Part shown: positions 11,405-23,000 of the stretch, piece after piece
How the letters are laid out: the number at the start of each line of letters is the position of its first letter
Position numbering within the stretch: position 1 is the stretch's first letter
Source: Ascidiella aspersa
Taxonomy: Eukaryota
DNA: 64,000 nucleotides
Direction of reading: 5' to 3'
Assembly (NCBI GenBank): GCA_963924565.1
Contig: OZ004607.1
Location: 7,936,001-8,000,000, forward strand
Program-made: the position numbers and the translations under genes
Notes under the pieces: model-generated
The model's database searches: none
The model's input: only the letters and a program-made list of their open reading frames with translations
What the model was told of the DNA's origin: nothing

Positions 11405-14400
11405 GTATGATATGATTGGTATGTGTGTAGTGGGATGGTAACTTGAAAAAAAAAAATTAAAAAAACTAACTTCTGATATTTTCGTTTAAAAAGACTAACT
11501 TCTAAACTTTTTTCGCACACTCAATAATACAAATTTCATAACATTTTTTAACATGAACTGTTGGCATGTTTTTTTTTAATGCAACGCATAGCTATTATAA
11601 CTAATGGGTGCGTACACTCGCCACTATATTAAGCAAAACCCAAAAGTAAAAGTAGAGTCATTTCCGAACGGAGTTGTTCAGTTTTTTTTGCAGCGGAAAT
11701 CACAAAATTACTATATAACATCATGGAGAAACTATAGCTTAAAGCAAACTAAAGTTTTGTTTGCCATCCAAAATTTGATATATTTTTGGAAAAACTATTA
11801 TATTTTTACGTAACGCCGCACCGGCAACAATTAATTTACTGGACGCCCTGCTTACTTTCACTAACTATATTCCCTGATCGAACGTATAAGGGTTGTTTGC
11901 GCCACATTTTTTAACTATTCTAATTAATAAATATATACTGTTGCTGCCAGGCATTGTTTCAAGTGTAAAATTGTTTTTTCGGACACTCATTCGGGCAATC
12001 TTCTTCAGGGCAATAAAATTGCCATATATATTCTAATTAGGGAGCGAAAGTTAATTTTAGTTTATAAGAGCCATGATCCCAAAAGTACAACACCGAAATA
12101 GGTAGCATCGGCAAATGCCCACCAACCCTTATAAACGCGTCTGACGTCTGTATAGTATGCCATTATAACAGAGATAGGTGTGAACGATAAATCCTTCGAA
12201 TTTCCCCAATGTGAATACGTTCGTTAAAACGCAAGCCTTGATTGATTACAGACGATCGTACTCCACAACCCGGACTTCATGCCGCCCATCATATTCGACA
12301 AATCGCATTGTGGCGACTGCCGCATTATCAAAGATGAAAAGCAAACCAAGGTGAGTCTTCATTGTTTTTGAGAAAGATGTTAAAAAACTAAAGTTCGCCT
12401 CCAACGAGCGATTAGACTCGCATTATTTTCTACAAGCAATTTTAGCATAAACGTTAACCGGTCATTTAACAACGTAATATTTCTTAAACCTCGAACGTGT
12501 TATTTGGGAACTCGTTAATAAGATTTTTATAAGGCAATTATTGATTACTGGGATAGGTCTCTCCGGTACTGGGTATTTTACTCAGATACGATCACAATAT
12601 TTTAGACAAAAAACGGTCGTCAGATGCGAAACCAATTCAATAATAAGCTAAAATTACCAAAAAGGATAAATTTGGGGACTAAAAGGTCGCGTTACTCATT
12701 GCGCGATAAAATTCCAAGTAGACTTCACTAAATTAGACTGATTATCGTATTCCATGTCTTCAAAATGACCCCCACAAAAGAAGGACACCAATCTCTTGGT
12801 CTGTTTACCTGTTTTCAGTGTTTGAAATGGATTTAAACTTAGGGCAGTGTTTGACCTTTGTTCTAAGTCTTTTGATTAATGACTTTCAGTGAATTTATGC
12901 GTTTTGTGTCAATTTGTTTGTTTTTGATGTTTTTTATGCAAAATAGTTTTCGAAATACGAAAAATTAACCAATTTAAAAAAATAATATGTTTGATGATTT
13001 AAAAATATGTTTGATGCTGATGACTTACTTGACTTGCTATTGCAATGATAAGGACTGGGGCTTAACTCGATGTTTGCTTAAATCAGTGGTTCTCAAACTG
13101 GGATCCGCGAGACAATTTTCTGGGACGGCGAAGCACCTAACAAAAAAACAACACGACTCTCCCGAAAAAGAAAATTTTTTGTGCAATAAAATTTTCAGGC
13201 AACTTACTTTTCCAAACCAAGCTGATTATTATCGTTAGTTGTTCATTCACGTTATTGCACGCTTAAAGTTGAATTGTCCATTGTAACGTAATAGTGTTGC
13301 GTTGTGCTAATGAGAATTACGTTTTTACAGCTTGCTGCGCTGCCACTGTGGGCTGTAGAGCCACGGTTTTAAAACTGTTCGTGATTGCTTCACTCAAATA
13401 AAGTGATTCGTTAGAGGTTAACATAATCGAACATATAGCAAAGAAGCAAGTGCACCCGTCCCATTGATACCATTAAAACAACGGGTTGTTTTGTGTTTAT
13501 TGGGTATATTTTTAAGGGACCGTGAACAATTAAAAAAATTGCTTGGGGACGGTTGCGTATTTTTTTTTTTAAAGTTTGAGAACCACTGGCTTAAATGATT
13601 AGAATGAGATTTGAGTTAATTTTCAAATAACTTTAGTGAGACTAGGCTAAAGCCAGAAAATAATTATGACACCGTCGGATTTAGATGTGGGATTCAAGCA
13701 CAGGCGCGATACTGATCTCTTGGAAAAGCGGCGTCCTGCGCAACCTGCCCGGTATCGAGAAGAGGTAACACATTTGTTTGTTAGCACAAACTAAAGGGTC
13801 GGTTTCGCGCTACGCCAAGTCACAGAAACGTCTCGTTTAGATCGATTTATTTGTCAATAACATAGCGGTTATATTGCAATAAAAACCGTTGTGTGTTGAG
13901 TGGTTGCATTTCTCTCTTGCTTCTGCTTATTTTTGTATAATATGTTTTTATTGGCGTACAATGTCTATTAAACGGATATTTTTAGCCTATAGAAAAAATA
14001 AAAAAATAAAAAATAAATAAAAAAATGCTAGTTGAAGCAAATGGTTCTTAAAAAAGGTAACCACCATATACAGCAGTTACTTCTTAAAACATTTTTATTA
14101 ACAATGATCGAATATATGACTTAAATAACTAAACTGCGATCTTCGATTAATTTCGTGGAATAAAGTGCGTAAATCTATGATTTTTTAATATCTTAAGCTG
14201 AAACGCCTAAATAAGCATCGAGGGTGATTGTGGGCTAATAAAATACCAATAATATTAATCCCGGTCGAAATAATGTGGAATTATCGTTGTTCCACTCAAA
14301 CGGCTGGTTTCACAAAGTATATATCACATTGTTTACTGACCTGTGTTTTTCCTACAGACGCCCAGACCAACTGCTGGTGTGGTGGGCCATGGAGAGTCCC

Positions 14401-17079
14401 TCTATCACCTTAGCAGGGGACGGAGCCAGGGGCCGCTACAGGGGCTACCCTCCAGGATTTTTTAACGCGACTTTTTCTTTCAGGTTGGAAGTCCTGTCAT
14501 AAAAATAAGCAAATTTATGAAAAAAATGCCAAATTTTAGGCAACGTACAGATTGTTAAGGTATAAGCTGAATAACGAGTATAGGCTGGGGCTTCGAAGTT
14601 GAAACCAAGGCTGCGGAGTCGGTTGAACCCGCGTCCGATTCCGATACCCGAGTCCGACTTTGGCCAAATGTACGAGTCCGGCTTCAGACACTATACATCC
14701 TGTATAAACTAAATTAAAGTGGATCTTCAGCAATCTACTTATATAGGTGTCACAATTGATCCACCCTTAAAACATGGTTAAAAATATTTCTTCATATGCT
14801 ATTTCTCCATTACAACTTACAGTTTGCCGCATTATCAGTTTCAAAATTTGGTACTGCGCATGCGCATGTCGGACTCGGCACTCGGGTAGTTTTACGTGGT
14901 TTTAACCGAGTCCTGAGTCCTACTCCAGTAAGAAAAACCGACTCCGTCGAGTCCAGAATCCCGAGTCCTGAGTCCCGAGTCCGAGTCCGACTCCACAGTC
15001 CTGACTTAAACTAGTCGGAACATATAGACATTTAAACTAAACGCAAAAATTACTTTCAAGATTTATTTTAATGTGTTATATTATATTGTATGAGTCATGT
15101 GTTTTTTTCTATAAATTAATACTTTCACTTTAGAACTATTTTCGCACCTAACGTATTCCGAACAAGCCTAATTCCATAGGTACAAATTAAAACTACATAT
15201 TTAAAAATCACAGGATAAAAGACTGTTATGATTGAATGATGTTACCAATTTAATTACATATTGTATAAAAATTAAAGAAATAAGTTTTGGAGCATAATGG
15301 TTGGAGGTTGTAGTAAGACGTAATAAGAATATCAAAGCCCATACAGAAGTAGGTGTCATTTTGAACGTTTCGAATAAGTCTTTATTCATTTTCAACATCA
15401 GAAATAAGGATTTTAATATTACAAAAAGTAAATACACTTAGGAACACAAAACACGGATCCGTTTATAATCTTCAGTAGAAAGAGAGTGGCCCAAATAATA
15501 GAATAAAGAGAATGAATCTAATAAAATAATGATCTTTTATCTATTATTTGGGCCACTCTCTTTCTGCTGAAAAGTAAATACACTTAACTTGCGGAAAACC
15601 TTATAAGTAGGGGATACCATAAACAAAAATTGATGTCTTGTCTAATCATTGAAAAATTAACCCAAAATGTGAGAAAGGGGGATATTCAGTTAATCACCCA
15701 TCGTCAATTCCTTCCGTTTTGCCTCGTTTAGATCGGGAGTTTGAATCCCACCGCAGAGTAGAATGGTATAATATTTTTTGGGGCCGAACATTAATTTCTT
15801 CTTGGACTATTTTACGCCCTAAATTCTAACAATGAAATGCGTAATCTAATCCTATTAAAACAAGTTAAGATACACATTATAAGTCTTCAACAGACAAACC
15901 GAGTTGCGTTTCTTTTTTAAAACTAGCAAATTGGGATTTTTTTTTATGCAAGGGAGGTAATAAAAAAAAACTAAAAAACTATAACCCAGGCGGGACTCCA
16001 CCTTCTACAATCCGGTCTGGCGCTGGTTTACCAACGTCAGCGTCGTCAACTTCGTGACCACTGGGTGGCACGGTGTAGAGCGTGACGCGTCGATTTTGAT
16101 GACGCGAAAAGGCAAGATGGCCGTCTGGCTGGTGAGCAACTGTGCCTGGGGATCGAACACTAAGCGAAGAATCGAGTACTCCAACCAACTAATTGCCAGC
16201 GGTAAGAAAATAAGTTTTTCGCAAAATAACTGAAATTCTAGTTTTTACCAGGGAGTCAAACCGGAATCCAACCGGAACTTTCTGAACCGGTTTTGGGCTA
16301 CTTTTTTCTGAACCGTGTACGTAATTAGATTACCAAACCTAATACAGAAGTAGGTATCATTTTGAACGTTCAAATACCTCTATTATTTTTCTGAAAAATG
16401 ATTTGTTAAAAAAAATTAATCGAAACGTTTAAAATACCTACTTCTGTATGGGCTTTGATATTCTTTATTACGTCTTGTTTTATTTTAAGGCTTAAAACTG
16501 GACCGATTCGGCAATTGCTTTGCGAAAAGCGGCCCGACCCCCAAGCGAAATACTCCCGAGTTCTTCCGCATGGTGGAGCGCTACAAGTTCTACATGTCGT
16601 TCGAAAACTCGCTCCACTGCCGAGACTACGTCACAGAGAAGTTCTACATCAACGGACTGGCCTCCGGCGCCGTTCCGGTGGTCTTCGGAGCCAGGAAGAA
16701 GGACTATGAGGACATCTCACCGCCGCACTCCTTCATCTTCGCCGAGGACTTTCGAAGCCCGAAGCAGCTGGTCAACTACTTGAGATACTTGGAGCGAAAC
16801 GACACCGCCTACTTGGAGTACTTGGCCTGGAGAAAAATGGATCCAAGCAGTAACTTCCCTTATGGAAAGTACCTGGGATTTTGTGCGCTTTGTAGGACTC
16901 TGCACGGCGTTGCGCGTGACGACCGGAAACCTTTTTGGGAGATTTACAAAGCGAGGAATTCGACTTATCCTTCTGGCAGACCTTTGGGAAATTACAGGAT
17001 GGAGTCGCTGCACAATTGGTGGGAAGGTTCTCAACCCGATGAATGCCTTGTGGCCAAAACCCCCAAAGCAAAGACTTAA
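11108..17079 (+). CDS. Alpha-1,3-fucosyltransferase (glycosyltransferase family 10), type II Golgi membrane protein; spliced CDS join(11108-11404,12252-12350,13685-13764,14358-14483,15990-16201,16490-17079), 467 aa
   Basis: Six GT-AG exons join in frame (297+99+80+126+212+590=1404 nt). N-terminal TM segment TLCLFIVVFATVSVIFLY. GT10 motifs RPDQLLVWWAMESP, FNATFSFRRDS, MAVWLVSNC, YKFYMSFENSLHCRDYVTEKF, GAVPVVFG, PPHSFIFAEDF and LVNYLRYLERNDTAYLEYLAWR. Orthology to a numbered FUT cannot be assigned by eye. Confidence 0.95.
12252..12350 (+). CDS. Fucosyltransferase coding exon 2
   Basis: Acceptor ttacag|, TIVLHNPDFMPPIIFDKSHCGDCRIIKDEKQTK (the GT10 C-x-x-C-x-I region), donor AAG|gtgagt, phase 0-0. 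Confidence 0.85.
13084..13588. mobile_element. hAT/Charlie-type MITE, 505 bp, in fucosyltransferase intron 2
   Basis: Perfect 16-bp TIR CAGTGGTTCTCAAACT / AGTTTGAGAACCACTG; 8-bp TSD GCTTAAAT on both sides. Confidence 0.93.
13685..13764 (+). CDS. Fucosyltransferase coding exon 3
   Basis: Acceptor atttag|, MWDSSTGAILISWKSGVLRNLPGIEK(R), donor GAG|gtaaca. Phase 0-2 fits both neighbouring exons; the acceptor is weak. Confidence 0.72.
14358..14483 (+). CDS. Fucosyltransferase coding exon 4
   Basis: Acceptor tttttcctacag|, RPDQLLVWWAMESP...GFFNATFSF(R), donor CAG|gttgga, phase 2-2. Confidence 0.9.
14606..15003. mobile_element. Non-autonomous DNA transposon with GAGTCC/GGACTC subterminal repeats, in fucosyltransferase intron 4
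   Basis: Imperfect TIR CAAGGCTGCGGAGTCGG / CCGACTCCACAGTCCTG; tandem (C)CGAGTC repeats near the right end; flanks gttgaaac/acttaaac match only 5 of 8. Confidence 0.75.
15285..15400. repeat. Short palindromic MITE-like family, copy B
   Basis: AAGACGTAATAAGAATATCAAAGCCCATACAGAAGTAGG arm; shares flanking sequence with copy A in reverse orientation. Confidence 0.7.
15471..15571. repeat. Inverted repeat (32-bp arms, 1 mismatch)
   Basis: TTCAGTAGAAAGAGAGTGGCCCAAATAATAGA ... TCTATTATTTGGGCCACTCTCTTTCTGCTGAA. Confidence 0.9.
15990..16201 (+). CDS. Fucosyltransferase coding exon 5
   Basis: Acceptor aacccag|, RDSTFYNPVWRWF...KGKMAVWLVSNCAWGSNTKRRIEYSNQLIAS(G), donor GCG|gtaaga, phase 2-1. Confidence 0.9.
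16342..16476. repeat. Short palindromic MITE-like family, copy C
   Basis: ATACAGAAGTAGGTATCATTTTGAACGTT ... CCTACTTCTGTATGGGCTTTGATATTCTTTATTACGTCTT. Confidence 0.7.
16490..17079 (+). CDS. Fucosyltransferase coding exon 6 (catalytic C-terminal domain)
   Basis: Acceptor ttttattttaag|, LKLDRFGNC...YKFYMSFENSLHCRDYVTEKF...KAKT*, stop TAA; AATAAA near 17299. Confidence 0.95.
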
Positions 17080-20000
17080 GCTAGAATACGGCGGACTATA
17101 GGCAGAGTGTAGGAACAAAGAGTCAGTTTGGTTTTTGAAAGGCGAAGCTGTTATGTGAATGCTGAATTGACAGTGTGTGTTTGTTTCCATCGTATTTTGT
17201 ATTATCACGGACTCACTTCGTTACATCGAGTAAAGTGGTGTTATCTCAAAACGAAAATGTTATTTACCAAAAAAATGAAAATATTCAAAAAAAAAAAAAA
17301 ATAAATAATAAAAAATCCGCAGTAAGTATTTAAACAGGGAGAAAATTTATTTTACAGTTTCTAGTGCAGTATTTTTTAATTGGCTCTTTGCCCATTCAAA
17401 GGACTCCAAGTGTATTTATTTAATGTGTCCACTACAAGCTTACCATAACAGTCGTGGAGCATAGTGATCGAACTTTTATATTCGATTTAGACTTATAATA
17501 TTTTGAGTTCAAGTAATTATACCGCTAGTTGTCGCTAGAGATCTTAACTCTGCTACTGGTAAACTTGCAAAAATACATACTAAAACCTTGTTTTGGCACC
17601 TTAGGTGGTTTAAAAAGTTCGCACCCTTCATAGGTTAATCTACGAAGAAATGATTGCGATACAATGCTTTCATATGAGAAAGTAAATAGGACACACCAAT
17701 ATTTATATTGGTCTACATATCAACATACTAGCCGAAACACAAATAGTTTAAAGCTTTATTGCTCCATAATTAGCCTATGCCGTGTCCGATTCAGATTTAT
17801 GCTTTGACAGATACAGACATCGGCTATAAAAAGGGTACTTACAAACCGCATTGACAGTAACGAGTAATAACTTTTTAAGCGACATCAAACCGAAATAACT
17901 CCCCAGCCTAGACAAAGTTGACACGTCAGATCTTATCGTAGGCGACATGTCTCTTTTTGTTGCTGCTCGAGTTTCTTTTACTCCATTTTTTTTTAACCAT
18001 ATATGAGTTTATTAGCGTCAACTTGGCCATGTTTCAACTAGTTGGCGAGATGAACTCAGATAATACATTTTGCTCAAATGCCGCTTCATGCCTTTATAGA
18101 CGTTTTAAAAGCAATCATAAATGAAATATTTTATTGCTGTAAAGTTTAAGGCCAATAGAAATCCCTGACAATTAACTATTTCGTTCGTTATGGATTTTTT
18201 GCGTGGTGGTATGACTTAGCCAATTTCAAAGGCCGGGGTTACGGCAGCCGGCAGCAGCTGATCTTAACGGGGTTAATTATTTTAAAAAAATCACATGAAA
18301 TGCTTGTAAAACAAATTACGACATCTGCGAACTACGAAAATCGCTATTCATTTTCGACACAACAAACAAAAAAAGTTCAAGGTATTTTTTTCTCTTAGAT
18401 GGCAATCTAAAATAAAACGAAATATTTGAAGCGGTCCTATCCGGGAAGTATAAGTATGTATACGCCGTAATACAGAAAGAATCCGAAACAGTAAACCATT
18501 AACTCTAGCTCAACCAATGCCAGTGGGAATTGGCGGCCCACAGCCGAACGCGGAATTCGGCGCGGTGCGTTTTGCCGGCATTCCCACACACGGACCGCCG
18601 TATTTAAAAGTGGCCGGCGACTGATTCGGGCGCTGACCCCCGGGCGACCCCGCGGCGCCCAAGTGATGAACTTTGTCAAAAAAAGAGCGGCGACCTTATC
18701 TCGGACGATTGGACAGCAGCGTCGGCACTGGATCGCTCTCAGAAGAAAAAGAGAGAATGCGAGAGAGTGAAGGAAAAAGGAAAGAGCGGAGGCGACATGA
18801 TTGATCACGTGATATGCTGCGGCGACAGGAGAGCTGACGAAGGCCAGCCAACGTTGGGGAGCGTTCTATCTGCGTCAGCGTCGCCAAAACATGACAAAAC
18901 GATGGCCAGCCGACACGAAAAAAAGAGCCACGGCCTAAAATTGACGCCCAGATTTCCAAAGCTGCTTTCCGATTTAATCACACATTGAGATAAACGCAAG
19001 AAAACCAAGTAGCTACCGTTTTTAAAAGCAACTCTTTTTCAGGCCGAATTTGAGACTGAAAAACTTTCAAGGTCTCAAAAGTCCATCAAAAAGGCCAATA
19101 AAAAAGAGCCGACCGCTTTTAAGTTAGCCGTGGGAACCGGACGAAAAGACAGAGCGATGTGCAGCCTTTGGTCACTGGTAACAGGAAAACGCAACGTCGC
19201 CGTTGGCGATCTGGGGATGATAAAGTGTGACGTCAAGATCTGGAACCCGTCCAAGGCGCGGGCGGCCCTTTGTTGTTGTCGCGATGGGTTGCCCGGCACC
19301 GAGTATGGCCGAATAAGGCGCTTTGCAGATCGTGTAACCACTTGAAATCTCAACCGTGAAGAATGCATTTTACCACGGCAATATAAATTTGACAGTATAA
19401 TGTGAAATTTTTAAATTCAAATAGATATTGGTGTGTGTACATTTTTTAATTCACAAAATAAAATTTTAAAGAAGAAAATATGATTTACTTGAAGTAAACA
19501 ACTATAACTTTTTTAAATTCTTTATATATTCCTAGTGGCAAACAGACAAAAGCTGACGTTTTTTGCAAAGTGTTTATTAATTAGGTCTTTTTTCAGCAAC
19601 ATGTCACACTTAAGTTATAGGTGTTCCACGATGTAATTGCGAAAAAAGTGTTGTGTATAATGGTAGTTAACTGCTTTCCTGAAAGGTATCTTTTTTCTAA
19701 TCTTTACGATTCAGCGAAAATATACTCAAAGTGAATTGCGGAAAAGGGTTGTGTATGATGGGTAAACAACAATATAGTATATGTTTTTAGTAAAGCGCTT
19801 CAGGTAGCAAAAAGCTGTTACAGGACAAATTGCGATAAATCGAATATTGAAGACCACAGTTCGGTTCTGGTTTACAATGCATTTACGCAGAAGTTTAAGT
19901 AACAGAAATTGCGGTTAAAATATCGCAAGAAATTTAATTATGCTGTGGGGCACAACAATCCCTAATACGCAAGGGCTAGAAAATCGCCAAAGTCATCTGG

Positions 20001-23000
20001 CATCTCTTTAGCGCCGCGCGCGGCAAACTGCGCGAAACCCTGGTAATCGGCCGCCGCCAGATTTTTTCGTGGCAATAAACTCGCGATATTTTTCCTTTCC
20101 GTCCCGTCGCCGTGACGTCAGCGACGCGGCGTGCAAATCGAACAGATCTCGGCGACTGCTACATTATTGATCAGGCCTAATCGTGGCGGCGCAAAGCCAC
20201 CGCATAAAGACATCGCGTCGGCGGCATCGGGAGTCGCGTGTTTCGGCGCCCTCTGATCGGGACCCTTGTTGGCGGTCCCCCTCCCCCCACTACGGCCTCC
20301 CCCCCCCCTAGACCGCCCCCGGCGACAAATCGATTCCGATCGCGTGTTTGGGCTCGCGTTTGCGGCTTTCCCGCGTGAAAGCGCCATATGCCGGCGTACC
20401 GGGCTCGAAACATTAGTATTTGGGCTTCTGAGTTTCCCCGATGAAAAGTCCTTTGGCAGTCAATTGGGCGTTTTACTAAAGAAATATGGTAATATTTTAA
20501 TGTGGGCTTCATTAGGTTACCGTTGGAAATTAGACCGTGCGTTGGTCGGTTTTAAAAGATTTCTATTTGAAATTGACTAAAGCTTGAACAAATTAAAAGC
20601 TTTCTCTTGTCTTTTCTTGCTGGGAAGCTAAAATCCTGTAATGAAAGTTAACTGCCTAAAGTCCATTTGGCTATTACAGGATTTTGCTGTGGTGATTGTC
20701 ATGTTACGTCAATAAGTTACTAAACTATATTAAAAGGACGTCACAAATTTGCGTAATAACGTGACGGCAAAAAAGTTACGTCAAAACGTGACGTAAAAAA
20801 GTATCCGTAAGAACAGCAGCTTTCCGTTCTATAGGTTGGAAACATGCTACGTCCAAATCAAAAACTGCATAACAAAGAAGTCATGATTTACGCTAAGTTA
20901 TAAAACGCCATTATATCGCTATAGTGGCCAAACCTCTCGTTATCGAGGGTACGATGATCCGCGCGACGCTTTAAGCTAAAACGAAATGATTAAAATGTGG
21001 TAATTTGTACTAGCACCGCAGTTAATATTCGCTAGTGCGCCAATGCGTTGCATTTACGCTGTTAAAATGGGCAAAAACACATTTTATGGGGGACGTGGTC
21101 ACGTCATAGTACACGGAAAGCTTGAGAGTGGCTTACCGAAACTATTTGATCAATTAAGGATTTTGGCTATTTTGGTTGGCCCCGTTGAAGGCTTCCGGTG
21201 TACTATGACATGTCTGCCGTTAACGTTGGTCAGAAGGACTTCTGAATTAGTCAGCGTACGACCTAATATATATATGACCACTTTCTCTTTAAACGACAAA
21301 CTGTATTGCAATGCTGAAAGCGGTGTTTAACGTTTGTCAACGTTACAATACAATTTGTGCTTTAACAGTGCAACCTTCGAGCCCTGCGCTCGGCCAGCGC
21401 GAAAATTCAACTTGCTTGCTCCGGTGTTACGCCGCGGCCCGACATGCCGCTTCACGTCCCCGGGCGCCCTTTGCTGATGAATATTGCGTCGCGAAAATAA
21501 GCGAAAATCTAAATCGCGGATCCACGCCTCCTCTGGTCCGCCTTGCGCGCATATAGGCTGTGGTTTTCGGCGCTAAAGGCTCGCTGGTAATCGTATGAAG
21601 CGTTAACATGTTTCCTGTTTTTAAGTGAATGCGAGTTGCATTGATATATGGACGTTGAAAAATTGAATGAAGCAAGATACGTTTTCGCTATGTTGGTCAT
21701 TATCGCTTGCCTGGTACAAATTTTACAAGTTTACATATGCTTGCTTGCTTTTGATATGCCTTTTCACTTTGGTAACTTTCCTTTACCATTTAATTTTTAA
21801 TATTTCTAAGATGGTTTGCATGTTTTACTTTAAATTGTCAAACATATTTTTAATCTTACGAATTCGCTTTTTGTTTGCACCTTGGTCTGTTCTCACTAAA
21901 TGCTTTACAATTTTGACTGTTTTTAAACAGCTTGCGAATGTCGCATACTTTGAAACACACGTTTTAAATGTTTCAAACCATGTTCCGTTTGAAAGGCAAC
22001 CTTGAAAAATCCCCTATTTTTTTTAAACTTCGTTGATAGTAATGAAACATTTTGTACAATCTACACTAATGTGTGTGATTCACCGGGAGTATCTACTTTA
22101 ATATAGGTTCAGTTAAAAAGAAAGTTTGTATATTTTATTCACACAAATATTCACCGATTTTTTCGATGTTATCTATTAAGCGAATTTCGTTGCAAGTATC
22201 AACTCGAGTTTGGGAGTCAAATTTAAAACAGACTTTTCATGGAAATACTTAAAGCCCATCGTGCACATTATTACATACAGCGCATGCAGCGTTTTATCAT
22301 AGGTCGTCGCGCAAAGAAAAGAAATATGTGTGAACGGCTGTACAATGGAAACAACAACAGCAACACACCTCACAGTGTGAAACAACATCTTGTTGGAGCG
22401 CAGGCGATTAGGCGTGACGGGGACGAACAAAAGTCCTCTCACTCATAACAAGCGCTTTTCCTCGGGATCATTCTGTCACTCAAAAAGAGGCAAGTGCGGC
22501 ACCGGGCCTAAGCAAACTTGCAAATCCAATTCGGGTGTGTGCCGCGGATGTGTCGGCGTTGGCGCATGGAATTCCGATGTTGTTTCAACCGGTAGCTGCT
22601 TTTTATAACCGCCCGTGTTTCGCTCCGAGGCGACAAGCGACGCGCGACAACATTTGCGGGCGACGCGCCGTAGGCGACACGGGCTAGAATCACAAGAGCG
22701 ATCGCCGTGCCTCTGTACACAAAGCAAAAGGCCCAAGACCCAGGCGTACAGGTGTGGATAGGAACAAGCGGCAAAGCCAACACGGCAACTTTCGCTGGTG
22801 CAGCTATCGCAACAAGGAGGCCGACTGTTTGTTCAGCCAGCTTTGCCGGGTCGCCTGCTGTGTTCTTATCTTCCTACAGACGACAGTATTACGCGCTTTT
22901 TACATGTCCGAGGCGCGGAACCGTGTAGAGAGCTTGATCGCGTCCGCGGAACTCTAAATTTCCAGCGTTTGTGAGAACATTTTCAGAAGTGCTGATACAT

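Noticed and set aside
10906-11520. 204-aa minus-strand ORF
   Set aside because: Antisense shadow of fucosyltransferase exon 1; no recognisable domain
16717-17208. Minus-strand and alternative-frame ORFs over the last fucosyltransferase exon
   Set aside because: Shadows of a GC3-rich coding exon
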